Shown here: positions 38,642 to 51,854 of the stretch, in pieces | Numbering within the stretch: the stretch's first letter is position 1 | Layout: every line of letters begins with the position of its first letter | Assembly: GCF_001949145.1 (NCBI RefSeq) | Contig: NW_019091356.1 | Location: 4,818,934 to 4,882,933, forward strand | Length of the DNA stretch: 64,000 bases | Source: Acanthaster planci | Taxonomy: Eukaryota | Reading direction: 5' to 3' | Program-made: the position numbers and the translations under genes | Notes under the pieces: generated by a model | Database searches by the model: none | What the model saw: only the letters and a program-made list of their open reading frames with translations | Told to the model about the DNA's origin: nothing

Positions 38642-39584
38642 AATTTATTAATGGATATTCCAGTCAGTTTGAACAAGCATCCATGTCATTGCCTCCCTAC
38701 AATGTTATTTAATAAGTTCCCTTTACTCCTGTGCCCGGTTTTAGAGGTCCATTCCTACATATGTGTCTTCATTTTGAGTAATTGAGCAGAAATTATAACT
38801 CAAACTTAAAGAATGTTTAGTAAAGATAAGTGCCTTTTATTTGAATATATACGATTTGTTAATTACTTTCATTATGATACATATGGCCATGAATTTGCAT
38901 GGTGACTGGTCTTAAAATGGAAAAATATACAAATACATGTAGTAAGAAATTACTATTGGATTGATCTTCCAAACAACAGAGCCTTTTTCTTTAAAATTAC
39001 CTGTATTTTATTCAATGCCCAAGGAAAACCACTTGTTTTCACATTTTAGAGAACCTTTTAGTATTTCCCATCATGAGCACACATTCAAATGTTTTAAAAC
39101 TGATTTTTTGTAACTTTTGAAGACAATTATCTAAAAATGAAATAACAAACAAACACCACAAATTTAATCATTATTATTTAAACATTTTTAAAATAATTAT
39201 TTTGCCATAAGTCAACATTTTGTTTCAACTCTGAACACTACATTATCATATTGAAAAAAAATCGAGTAACAGTATATTAAAAAAAACCAATACAGGTGAG
39301 AGAAATATGTTCATATTTTCGGTGATGCTTCTTGTTAAAACACCAGTGAAAATTAACGTCTTGTTCAGAAAGATTATTTAAAAGTATTTACTAATAAGGT
39401 CATATCGAGAGCGGGGCCAATATCCCCCCCCCCAGTTGTATTTATGTCCCGCCCATATTTTCACCTAGCCTCAAATGTTGCACCATCGTAGTCGCGTCTG
39501 GTAATCGGGTAATCTCGTCTGGTGGGTAGCTGGTTCACGCGCATTCATTTTTGTCTTACGTTCGATGTGGGTAACCAGTGATTA

Positions 39585-39610
39585 TTTGCCTTAGCAACCT
39601 CAAAATGGCG
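39585..39610 (+). promoter_or_regulatory. RFX X-box plus YY1-like motif in the CFAP69 promoter
   Basis: tttgccttagcaac (39585-39598) matches the X-box GTTNCCATRGCAAC pattern with a perfect TAGCAAC half-site; caaaatggcg follows at 39601-39610, ~330 bp upstream of the ATG of a ciliary gene. Confidence 0.7.
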
Positions 39611-39927
39611 ACTGTTTCAACTAATTTACCCGATGGCGATGCACATGATGAAACAACGTTTAAAGTTGTTTCTGTCGCATAGCAAACTTAACAAAATGTG
39701 TGTTCTGCAGTACGACTTTATTGTTGTGAAGTGAAGTGAAGGGATTAATATTCATAAGTAGGCTTCTTGAAGGAAATCTGCCAACAAAGCTTCAAAGACG
39801 GGCAAGTATTAACGGCCTAGCGTAGCACTACAGTAGTTGCACTGCAGCAGGATAGTGCACAGGTTCTGTTCCTCTTTCACTGTTTTAGCAGCTGCTGTTC
39901 GGTGCAACAAAAGTCACACAGAAAGCA

Positions 39928-42900
39928 ATGGCGTCGAGTGACGTGCAGAAAACACCCTTACCTGTGGTGAAACATGTCATTGGAGATGACGATATGGGTA
40001 TTAAAAAGGTGAGTGGAGACGTGCAAGACATTTTTTTCCTTGGGAACTCCATAGATTTACTGTAAGGCTACAGTACTTCGAGATCTCTATCTGAAGTCAC
40101 TAACTCTGTGATAGGCCTACTCCATGTGACTTAGACTAGGAGACAAAGTTTACATGGCGTTGTAACGCTATGGGGTTTTGGAATCAAATTTTGTGGTGAA
40201 ATGGTTCACAGCCGTAAGAAAGCTGTGAAGCCTACTACTAGTACTAGGCCTACATCAAATTTCCCCCTGTCAGCATTACCTCCTGAAAAGGGGATAACAA
40301 AAGTTTCAGAGCATGAGACAGAGTATTTTTGAAAACAAAAATGAGATTTTTGCTCACCAAGTTCTCGCTTCCAGTCCACCCGTTGACTGTCGCTTCATTC
40401 ATGCCGTTCGTGTTTATCAGACTGCGCATGTGTTGAGCCCACCAATGACCGCGCACTTGCTTCGCATCTTGGCTTGACCACATGGGCAGTCTGATAAACA
40501 TGAACGGCATGAACGGAGCGACAGTGGAAGCGAGAGCTTGGTGAGCAAAAAACTCATTTTTTTTCAAAAATATTCCATCTCATGCTGTGAAACTTTTGTT
40601 ATCCCTTTTTAGGAGGTAAAGATTAAGCAGGTATGATGACAGGGGAAAATTTGATTTAATAGCTTTCTTACGGCTGTGAACCATTTCACCACAAATGTAA
40701 ACCTTGTCTCCTGTAAGTTACACGGAGTATGATGGAGTTAAAGACTTAGAGTTCTTGAAATACTTCAAGGTATGTTGGGCGGTCTTAGATCATCCCTGTT
40801 TGTGCTAGTCATGCCAGTGATTTGAGGTCATTTGGTCATTCTGCCCTGGTCCTCTGACATCAGTTGTCTCTCTTAGTTTGTTTAGCAACTTTGTCATTGA
40901 CTGTGTGCTATACTTATAGGACGGTCTAATAAATTGTTTCACTCAATTATACCTCTTCATACAGTGTCATGTGTGCTAGTGTTTTTAATTGTCATTTTGT
41001 GGAAGATATTAACAGTCATGTTACTATAATCATGTGAACTCACAGTGGAAATGAGTTTGGAGGCCCACATTATTCATCGTAATCATTTTTACTGAATATT
41101 CCACAGGGTGTTAAAATTCAAGTCGTGAACTACAGCAAGGTCATCAAACTTCTTACAGATCCTCATTCAGTAAGATCTAATTCTGTACCTGATATTAGTT
41201 ATAGGCTTATAAAAAGGAATAAAAAATGTTCTCAAAAATATCTTAGTTTCAGCCAAGGGCATGTTAATTGCAGATATAAAAAGCTTATAGATTTATGCAT
41301 ACGTAACATGTTTAAATTCTTGTGGTGAAGTGATTAACTTCAAATTAACACTCCTTCAACTAGGGCTTTTATGTCAGTGAATATTGGAACAATTGTGTAC
41401 ATGTAATAACTTTGAAACCTGTTCAATTCAACCAACAGGTAACGTTATATGAGAGGCACCTGAACGCACTCCAGAAACTGATTCGCCATTATCAAGTTGG
41501 CTTTGTATCCTTTCATTCAAATGACAAATTAAATACTGAATGGTTAAACATATTTTATAGATAATGATATTGCCGAGAAAACAGCACTCTATTGTTGCTT
41601 CTTAGGGTCCATAAACATGCAGCTGATGTCCTCAAGCAACCTCATAGATCTGTCTACATATTATAATCTGCTACCATCCTTAATGATATTTATGAATAGC
41701 TCATGAAAGATCTGGTTCAAGTCTTTAAGATTCTGAATGTTTGTGCAGACAGAGTACAGGAACAGCCACTCTACATCCAACCCATGATGGAGATACTCAA
41801 AATTGCAGGGTGAGTTAGTAACATTTGCCACGTGTATACAAGCACTTGTAGAGGGTGCATAAGGGACAACCAAGGCTGTGTGTGCTTAAAGTTGGAGATA
41901 CAAGAAGGCAAACTGTGTTCAAAGTTTAGTTTATGAAGGTTAGAGAGTTAATGAGGTTCATTATGAATTTTCACGGATTTTAGTATTGATTTTTTTCAGC
42001 TTACCCTTTCTGAAAGAAAAGACTTCTGATGGTACGGCATATGCACAGATTGTTGTGGAGTCTATTTCACAGCTGGGTAAGAGGCAGTTTGGCTTTGGGG
42101 CTTTAAGGGGAAAGTACATATAAATCCCCAGAAAATGGATTTCCTTTCAGTCGCCCTTGTTACAATGTAGAAAACAAAACTTGCTTGCTAAAGTAGTGTT
42201 TTTAAAACTCACTGTCACCAATTTAGCACTAACAGGAAAAGGGATTTATAATTGAGTGAGATTCCTCAATAAAATATGCTGTTGGATATATAGCATGGTA
42301 CAGTGATGACCCGAATTTGAATATGTTTTCTAGGTTACCTAATGAGAGTGCCCAGTAAGGAGGTTCGTCTTCAGCTAGCTTCGACCCTTCTCAATATCTT
42401 CAGCAATGAGCTGCCTAAACAAGAAGTCCAAGATCATCAGGCATCTTCCAGGGCCTACAACATGGCCATGGTGGAGAAAAGCGACGTAGCTGAAACATTA
42501 GTCAAGGTAAGTTACCATCAGGGATCACTTTCCTAATTGACTTTCCTTAGTGTTGACCTAGATGTAAGAGCCTTGTCTGAAGGCCTGCTCAGTTTTCGAA
42601 GGAAAGCAGATGAATGGATTAATTGCAGAGAGCACACATTACATATTATTTGATGCAGCTGATGAAAGCCTCATCTGGTGGCTGCAATCATTTCTTATAG
42701 ACGAGCATTATCTCTGGTGCATGCCAGCTGATGACTGGACACTGCCAAATATTATTAACTTTCAAAATTGTGTACAGTTGTGCCCGTACAATGGAAATCT
42801 ACATTTATCAAAAGTGTTTAATACTAGATGAGGTTGAAATACACTCAAGCATGTACAAACAGTTTTTAAAGAAAGGAGCATCTTTTCCCTGTGATATCAT

Positions 42901-45900
42901 TTTTATTTAATAAACCAATATTCCCAAACAAATCTTGTATTTAATTCTAATTCTTTCTCATCATCCTTAAAGTCTCTAGCTCTTCTTGAACAAGACATTG
43001 ATGTCAAGCTACACATACTAGACTTGCTGCAGAACCTGTCTGCATTCTCCGCTCCTAACTGTGATAAGATGCTTGCCGCTGAAGCAGCAAGTCGTATCTG
43101 CAGCCGTATGAATGATGCAGAACCTACTGGCAGGTGAGCTAAAGAAAAATGGCATTCAAATGGAAAACAGGACTTGTGGGAAACACATTGCACAATGTTC
43201 CATTGTGACTGAAAAATAGTAGTTACTAGACTGTAATTTAACAATTCCAGGGGGAAAAAGATACCTCATGTTACTCTGTTACACTAAAAGTTATTAAAAC
43301 CATTTGTGAAACTTGTCATATATACTGTGATATTTGTGTTTTTATCAGGTTACTGTTCCGGTCCATTGAGATTCTGTGGAATCTTCTAGAGAATGGAAAC
43401 AAAGAAGAGATAGCAGAGCAGCTCAGCTCCTTCATCTGCATCAAGTAAAATTTCCCCTTACTAAAGAGAACTCTAAAATATGGACCATGACATTGATTTA
43501 CCTTCCAGTATGAGGCTCTGTGGGAAGCTGTCATGTTACACCTGTTGCATCTTATTGCTTGTTTTCTATACAGAGCTCTCCAGGAGGCATTTTCTCAACA
43601 AATGACATCAGGTTTCAGCCACTATGATCGACAGTTACGGTAAGAGAAGACAAAGCCTTAGACCAAAGAACAACCTTGCATACCAGTGTTTGCAAACTGT
43701 CACATGATTTGAATGAGTTAACACACATTTGGTCTTGGATGAATGATGCCTATTTGTTGGGTAAACCCCAAGTGTATATATATGGAAGGTAATCCATCTC
43801 TGATTTGTTCAATAATGTATAACTTTTGTCCTTTTTTTCTGCAGGAATGACTTGTTAGTGATAGCCACCTTGATCGCAACAGTCTGCCCCCAAGCTCCAT
43901 TTATTGTATGTCATTATTTCTAGTGTAGGACCCTGAAGCCAAGACTTGCTAAGCAGAAACTAAGCAGCATAAAAGTGTTAATAACTTGCTGAACTGATTT
44001 TTGCCTTTATGTAAATAATGCCATTTTGTTTAACACACATTGGTTATGTTCATACCAACGCTTGCTGTCCTGAAGAACTCAGGCTTTACATTGTTTTTAT
44101 TTTCCCAAGTTGAAATAGAAGCTTAATAAGCCTGTTTTTGTCAAGATATTGCTTGTTATTTTCAATGTTTACAGGAGACTGGGTTTGCCAAACAGCTTCT
44201 TCTCTTCGCAACATTCCAAGAAGTCAGAAGTCACAACGTTCTTGTCAGACATCTGAAACTTGGCACAGTAAGCCGCATCTTTTGCCAGCTCCTACGCTTT
44301 AGAAATCGATGAGAATAACAGTGTATGCCTGCAATGATGTTAAAGTATAATATGCTGGATTTTAGCTTTTATTGGTTAGACTTTTATGCTATAATCCCAC
44401 TTTTCATTGTTTTAATTTTCGTTTCATACAGAGCATTGAAGACTTTGAGCTGAAGAAATTACTTATTAATATTATTATTGTCCTCTCCAAAGATGTCTCA
44501 ATGGTCCCGGTAAGTTTTTCTTTTGCTCCATGTTTGTCTGAAGAATACAATATTTTACTCTGTTAAAGGTAGTTTTAATAAAAGCTTTTCTCATATTTTT
44601 CCAGAATGACAAGTCCACTTGCATGTGGCTGTGTTTTCTTATGTCAGAGGCAACACAACATTTGCTAATCAGAACTGCTTTTTCTCAATACTCCATCATC
44701 CTTGTTTTCTCTCAGTTACTAGCTGAAGGCCACATTCTCTTAGCTCTCTTCTCCTACGTCAGAGGCAATGAGAATGTCTCCCAGCACCAGGAGTGGACTC
44801 CGGCTCAGTTTGAGGAGGTACAACTTCATGCTATGAGTGCTCTCTGTACCGTAGCACCGCTTTGTGTCCAGGATTACATGACCTGCCAGGGGAACACTAG
44901 ATTGCTTTTGCTGTTGGAATGGTGCGTTGGCAAAGGTATGTCAAGTGTCCATCTTATTTTTGAGCTGCAGTTTCTGAAGTTGTCATTGTTTTCTAGGAAC
45001 AGTAGTGAGAGCGAGGAAATCTGTATCAAGAAATTTGTCTTGTAAAAGTTATCATTGTTTAGGCTGCTAGCTGTCCTTGTCATTGGATTTTAAAAATGCC
45101 TGATCATTGACTGTCAGGAAGATAGATTTCTTGCATTGTATTCACAGAGCTTATCATTGACATGTTTTATTTCAATTTATCTTCTCATAGAGGATTTTGC
45201 AGGCCATGGTAATGCTTTCCATGGTTACGGTGGCCGTGGCAACAAGCGAGCTCAGATGAGGTACTGCCTTCATCTCATGAGGAGTATTGTCAGCATTGGA
45301 GAGGCTTCAGTCAATCAGGACTTTGTGGATCAGGGAGCCATAAATCAGATCTTAGGTCAGTCATCTAAATGTCTTGGAAGAGTCTAAAGCTTTAGTTCCG
45401 CAAGGAAAGAAATGCCTGATCTCTTATCCTGTCCAATTTTCTAATTTAATCTATTAATAAATTTGTGTGTTTCTGATGAAATTAAAAAGCTTTGACAATT
45501 ATCTATGGAATTGTTTGTGTATTCTAGATATTTTGTGTGTTTCTGATGAAATTAAAAAGCTTTGACAATTATCTATGGAATTGTTTGTGTATTCTAGATA
45601 TTTTGTGTGTTTCTGATGAAATTAAAAAGCTTTGGCAATTATCTATGGAATTGTTTGTGTATTCTAGATATTTTGCTTAGTGCTAGTCATTCAGAGAGTG
45701 ATGATGATGTCATTGATGTTGAGATGCAGTCTGACATGCTGTCTATTCTATCCATCCTCTGTGAAGGAGACATTCATCGAAAGGTAAAACTCTCCTTTAA
45801 TCCCCTCTCGCCAAAAGCTCTTCTTATTGCTCCTTAAAGCAAACATGATGAATGTTGAGATGAAGCCCGAAATCTTATTTTTCCTGTCCACCCAGATTAA

Positions 45901-48546
45901 TATGCATAGGGTGAAATCTTGTTGTTTTTTTTTAACTTTTCCTCTTAAACATGTTAGAAAAGAAAAGAGTGATAATGGTTTTTCAGTACTAAAAGTCAAA
46001 CCCTCTTGAATCCGATTCAATTTAATACATTTTACTTCTTTTCGACCACCTTATAGGAATTGTTCGGAGAGAAAGGTGTGAAGGTTGTCCTTCAGTACCT
46101 GAAAACCAACCCTAAGAAGCTGTGTAGTGGTTTAGGTTACCATCGTATGATGTTAGCCACCGTTGATAGTATTTGGTGCTGTGTGGTAGGAGCTTATCTC
46201 AATGAGGACTTGTTTCTGGAAGGACAAGGAGTCTTCTTCTTGCTTGACTTACTGCAGGTATGCAGCCTCATTCAAGCGTGAATTGTTTGGAGGAAAAAGC
46301 CTGATTGATTATAGACTTGACTCATTCTGTATCCGCCTTGAGTAGAAGCAACCCATGGAGTTATAGGCTGGTAGCAACGTACCCTTAACAGGTGCATCTA
46401 TAATCGTTTGTGAACCAGCGAAGGGCATTTCTGACCTGAGTAGCCGCCCTTGCTAGGAAAATTGTGCCTTCTATTGATTCAGTTCAGGGCTCATTGAGTT
46501 TGCTCTGTCTTTGTGCTTGTTGTAATTTAATGTATGTTTGCTCGTTTCTTAGACCTGTTCAGCCAACATGCATAACCTGATCCTTGGCTGCCTTTTGGAC
46601 CTGTGTGAGAATGCTAAGACAGTGGCTCATATGCTGGCTTGGAAGAGTGATAAAAACACAACAGTAGCGTCGCTACTCATCAAAATCTGGAAGCAGGAAG
46701 AACAGGCACTTGGAGTAGCCAGAAACGAAAATGGGACCATTGCAGGTAAAAGAGAATGGCATGGGTTGGGTCATTGCTGTTGGTATTTAACCACTTATCA
46801 TTGATGTACAGTTTTGTGTTCTTGTTCATCATTTGGTCCCTGTAAGTCCATCACAAGTGTCACAAATCATTCTGCCTTAAGCCAATTCACAAGCTGTTCA
46901 AATCAACTGTGACAAAAGATGAGAAGAGTTTGTATAATGATATTTACTATTCATTTCTTCCACCACCAGACACCAGGAAGCCTCTTATGGGTGTAGTTCA
47001 GGAGAAGGCAGGTATCGTCCCCCTACCAGCCAATTCCCGCAGCCAGGCGATCGTTGATGTCTTTGAGAACATGCGAGCCAAGATCTATGCTCTCTTTTGT
47101 AAGATAGGTTTTGATGACCACCCAAGCCTGTCTACCAGTGACCAAGTTGTGGTGTGTATTATTGAGAAGTATCTGGATTTCAAGCAAGGAGAAGTATGGA
47201 AGGAGGTGACGTCAGAGTTGGAACAGGAGGGAGTTCGGCCAGTCACGCCTGATGAAGTAGGTTGATGTCATCTAGTAGCCACATTGTAGTGTCATAGCTC
47301 TGGTATCCAGACAGTCTCTTAGTAAAGCTATTCCTGCCACTAAAACAAATTCCACAGTGGTCAAATTTGAAGGCTCAGCCCATAAACACCGGATTTGCTC
47401 TCACTGTTACTCATTGTAGGAAGCCTTGTCAGTGATCAACAGGACTACCGAGGAGCTAGCAATCAACGTAGCTGATACACAAGTTGACATGCTAGAGACA
47501 CAGCTACAACAGGATCTGTTGGAAGAACAGGAGATGTATGCTGAGGTAGGCAAACCTACAAAGGAAATGAACTATTTGCATGCTTTAATGGATAATGCGT
47601 GAAGGAGTATATCAACTATTGAATGTATTTTATCATACAAATGATGAATATAATACCTGGGCTTTTTTGTTCAGATCCGAGAGAACCATCGCCAGAAAGA
47701 GAAGGCGATCAAGAGATGGAACAACTACGTAGCACGTACATCCAACTATTCATTACTCAAGGTAAGCTTTGTTTCAGAAATCCAACTCTGAGCTGATCCT
47801 TCTTCCAACCATCCACTTGTACTCTACTCCCACTTAATCAAGACACTGTACCCTATCAACATACATCGTCCCCTTTCTCTTAACCCCTCTTAATGTGTTT
47901 GATTTCATAGGCTGCTAAGACGGATCAAGACTTGAGCATAAACGCCTCTCGAGTACAGACTGACTTCCTGGATTCGTAAGTAGTTCTTATCCCATTGCAG
48001 GATATAAAATCAATACAGGAGGTCCTAAACAGACAAAGATGTGTAAGTTGAATTATTTGCATGGCTGTCCAAAAATAATGTCAATCTCGATCAGGTCTTC
48101 CTTTTCACTTTTTCCCTCTACTCAAACCCTTGTACTACAACCTTGCAGTATTAACGTGTTTAGGAGGTACTTACTTCATAATTTTTCTTCTTGTTGTAGT
48201 GATACTTATCACAGCACTGACTTGGCCAATCTCCAAACGACAGTAAGTGAAGCTATAAGAAAGATTTTCTGATATCCTTTAGCTTTTCACTCGATATGCG
48301 GTTAAGAGAATGCTACATTATACCTTATGTGTACAGCAAACATTGTTTCCAACGTAATACAAAACATGGATATTGAAGTTCTTGTCATTTCTTGCTCTTC
48401 TGCAGACATTTCAGAGTCGTCATGTCAACATTGATAGCACACCGTTAGAGCTGACCGGAGGTCCTACCCTCCTTGGCCAACCCAACGAAAGAGACATCAC
48501 TAACAGGGTTACAATGAAAGAAAACACTCCAATATTTGTGTCTTAG
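39928..48546 (+). CDS. CFAP69: Cilia- and flagella-associated protein 69; 23 coding exons (39928-40008, 41107-41169, 41439-41504, 41700-41809, 42000-42076, 42334-42506, 42973-43133, 43349-43444, 43574-43639, 43845-43905, 44175-44267, 44432-44509, 44716-44935, 45191-45355, 45668-45783, 46057-46257, 46553-46745, 46970-47256, 47420-47545, 47675-47761, 47911-47975, 48200-48242, 48406-48546)
   Basis: The continuous spliced frame contains CFAP69-like segments VIKLL, LMKDLVQVFKILNVC, GLPFLKEKTSD, GYLMRVPSKEVRLQ, LLFRSIEILWNLLE, DRQLRNDLLVIA, EDFELKKLL, QGNTRLLLLLEWC, NMRAKIY and YLDFKQGEVW. Confidence 0.93.
40072..40764. mobile_element. ~690-bp foldback/MITE (long inverted repeat) in CFAP69 intron 1
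   Basis: The arms pair over ~330 bp, e.g. tttgtggtgaaatggttcacagccgtaagaaagct / agctttcttacggctgtgaaccatttcaccacaaa and tgtttatcagactgc / gcagtctgataaaca; ~30-nt loop at ~40442-40469. Confidence 0.9.
41505..41699 (+). other. U12-type (minor spliceosome) GT-AG intron in CFAP69
   Basis: Donor GTATCCTTTC; branch TCCTTAAT at 41677-41684, ~15 nt before the AG; no polypyrimidine tract; joins GF|LMKDL in frame. Confidence 0.9.
45462..45675. repeat. 70-bp tandem repeat (3 copies) containing the CFAP69 exon-15 acceptor
   Basis: Unit tttgtgtgtttctgatgaaattaaaaagctttg(a/g)caattatctatggaattgtttgtgtattctagatat; AG at 45527, 45597 and 45667. Confidence 0.95.
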
Positions 48547-49540
48547 CTGCAAACAAAAATTGTAATTCTTTATATGTAAATATTGAGGGGTTTGTATTAG
48601 ATTTCCTCATTTTATATCCCCTCTTCAGTTTTTGAGAGGGGTACATGGACTAGGACTTAATGTACTGAGAGCCTGTCAACCTTAATTGAAAAGAAGAGTA
48701 GATTCAATCGGGTTTGGAGGGGTCAAAGGATTATTACCCGAGAGGTCTTGTGCTCTAAGGAATGTTAACACTGCGCTTAAGGAAAGTGGAGAAGTTCTGC
48801 AATTTTTTAATGAGCGTTACATAAACTTTTCAAATTATAGAAACGACCACCGTCTGACAGGTCAAGCTTTGTCCCACATGACAGAGATCCCAATTCATCC
48901 CTTTCAGTCAAGCCGTACCCCACTGGCACAAAGCGTAAAGGGTTTGAGGTAAGGTAGTACCACTGGTGGGACCATCACAAGAAGCAGTTTTGTGGGCACA
49001 AATGGCTGTTCTGTATATTTTGTATAAAATGTGTTAAGAGCACAGTTTTTGAAAGTGTGTACATAAAGAATGTGAGTTTGAAACATTAATTACACAATGA
49101 GAGTTTAAATATAAACTAAACAGATCTTTAAGATGAAACAATTTTTTTCAGTGTTCCGTTTTGAGTTCAGCACTGCATGCATTTTTGAGTATATACATGT
49201 ACTTGTGAGAGTTTGTAACTGTACCTGGTACATGATAGATTGTTTTATAAAAGAACGATTTTTCTTCTGTATATTTATGTAAAGAGATTCTTAACAAAGC
49301 CGCTATCCGTCCAGATATAACTTGTCCGAGGACCAACTCGAAGCAATGTCACAAGTGAACCGAATCCAACATGTACTTTTAACCATAGATCAGGTTTGTT
49401 TAAACTTAGGAGTCTGTCCAAAATTAAATAAAGTTTGTAAAAGAAAGCCTTACGTGACACATGGTATGCAGCTTGAATATTTCCAGCCTGTTGAAAAGAG
49501 ATATCAGAAGACTTTAGTAAAACTCCTTTATAATCACCAG

Positions 49541-49632
49541 GCCCCGCCCCTCTTCTGTGGCCATCTGTAGAGCGCCCTCATGTTCTGTTGTTATTAAAGC
49601 AATGAGGGCGCTATGTACAAAATACGGAAGCG
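49541..49632 (+). promoter_or_regulatory. MZT1 proximal promoter: GC box, inverted AGCGCCCTCAT pair, ETS site
   Basis: gccccgcccc at 49541; agcgccctcat (49571-49581) / atgagggcgct (49602-49612); cggaag at ~49625; ATG at 49682. Confidence 0.55.
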
Positions 49633-49681
49633 GCAAAATAAAGACCCTTCGACGATTTGAGAGAAAATCTAACTGCTCAAA

Positions 49682-50720
49682 ATGACTCATGGAAAGGCCG
49701 ATGATGAATCTGTGTATTCTGCTAGAGAAGTGATGGATAGTAAGTAGAATACTGATTATCGTTTGGGATAAAATTGATCGCTGTTACTCGGAAATTGAAC
49801 CCACAAGTAGGCTACTGATAACTACAGTAGGTCTGCTGAAGGCAGTAGGCCAACATGTACGTACAGTACTATGGCCTACTGCTGTATCGTTTGTGGCCTG
49901 CATGCTAGGCAAGTTTGACCCCCCCCCCCACCGAATTGGATCTTGGCTTGTCGTTTTTAAACAGGTGCACTTAAAAGGACTGAGAGGCCAATGTTTAAGG
50001 TGAACAGATGTACGCTTACCATGCTTACACTTACAGTGAGTTGACCTGTCCACCGATTCCACGGAGCTCCATGCCCAATCCATCCATGGTTCACCAAGTC
50101 TCCAAGATCTATCTGTAGAAATCATACATTTTTGATGGTGCAGTGCTGTCATTTCTTACGATCTAACCAAACATGTTCACAGTACTTAAGTACTGAATAT
50201 ATCTGGCCATTAAATTGAGTAACATTACATAAAATGTACAACATTACGTTGATGGCCCGGAACATGTACACGTATAAAGATTCACCAAAACATGAGCATT
50301 TTGAACGTTAATACGCTAATGTCATGGTTCATTCTTATTCACTTTGTGCATGCAGCTGTGAGTGAGATGTCAAAGCTACTAGAGACAGGCCTAGACTCAG
50401 AGACCCTAGCCATCGCTGTCAAACTGTGTGAATTAGGTGTTAATCCTGAAGCATTAGCTTCAGTTATACAGGAACTCCGCAGAGAAATGGCTGCATATAA
50501 TGTAAGTAGGGGAGGATGTTAGACGATTGGTCTTGACAGATTAAAGATGCTCTTGTTAAGTTGTGGATTGCCTCTTGGTTCCTGAATAGAACTAAATATG
50601 CATACTTCCAGAATGTTTTTACATTAGAAAGTACACTGAGTCTTCATTCAGTTCTTATCACTTGGTCTTTCTCGCTTGTTTTCTCTTGTGCAGGCTGGTG
50701 GCGGAGACAGCAAGACTTGA
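49682..50720 (+). CDS. MZT1: Mitotic-spindle organizing protein 1 (MOZART1), 76 aa; exons 49682-49739, 50356-50501, 50694-50720
   Basis: [50 protein letters not shown] is the MOZART1 signature; GT-AG, in frame. Confidence 0.95.
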
Positions 50721-51854
50721 CACACTGATGGAACAGTATACTTACCTGTTGCTTCAGAACTTGCAAGAAATTGTAAATCGTTTACTCTGCACAGATGGTT
50801 GCAGTATTTTTTTAGAATGTTGGCACTTCTTGTCAGACGACCCTGTGTAGGCCTACTTAATATTTTCTATCAGATACTGGAAAAGATGACTTCAAAATAT
50901 GCAATCAACAGAGAGGTTCCTCATTACAAGCATCACCCACATTTAAACTGGTATCATTTTTATCCTTATTAGGATGATTACACCTGTATTTATCTTGTGG
51001 AATTTACAACAATGTCCAAGACAACAGAAGTGGGAAAATTTATCAGGATATCTGATATAGTCCTGTCTTCCAAGGAATTAAGTCGTTCATATTGGCTTGT
51101 CAGCTTGTTAGCAGAAGGAAAATAAAATATCGAATTAACTTCGAATAAAAACCTGTTTATGTTCATTCGCATTTCAACAACCCAAAGTAACTCCAAGATT
51201 TGTGGAATTTGTTATTAAGTTTCTTGATCATTAATGCTGTCTTGTTGGAAAGAAATGTCCACCCAGGCCTTCATATGAATGCAGTATGTTTGAATTTCAT
51301 TACTAATTTTATAATTACAGTTATACAAGTCTGCAACCACACAGAAACCAATTAAATTTGTACACAAAAGATCTGTCCACAGGTTGTGGACAATTAATAA
51401 TAGGTAACTGAAAAGTTAATTAACTGAAAATGTTTATGAAAGACGTAAGAAGAGAGCTTTTATTTAATAAACCTAACAGCTGGTGGTTGTACAAAACAAT
51501 GGTAGTGACGTGACGTTATATTCATTATGAAACATGCTGTCACAGGTGGGACCAATCAAAGTGTCTTACCTCCGGAAGTTTTGAAGAAAGTAAATTTTGA
51601 TTATTGAACCAGTGCATGAAAAACTGCAGTATGTGCACAATCTGGATCGTATTTAAACGCAGTCAGTACAAAATGTGAAAGGGAGATGACGGCTTTGGTA
51701 AAAACCGGTAAAGTAGGGCGGGCGTTTCGGACTTGCTCATCAGAGACTTGAAATTGGTGGAACTAGTTGTGAAGTGGATTCGGAACGCATTTTTAACAAG
51801 TTCGCCAGCGGAGGATTGGTTCAATTGCACCGGCTGTCTGTCTGGACAGGTGGA

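Noticed and set aside
42659..42690. Second hammerhead candidate (ctgatga-aagcc...ggct-gcaa)
   Set aside because: GAAA is mutated to GCAA, and there is no stem I or cleavage triplet.
45462..45675. Regularly spaced repeats as a CRISPR-like array
   Set aside because: Head-to-tail tandem units without unique spacers, in a eukaryotic intron, with no cas genes.
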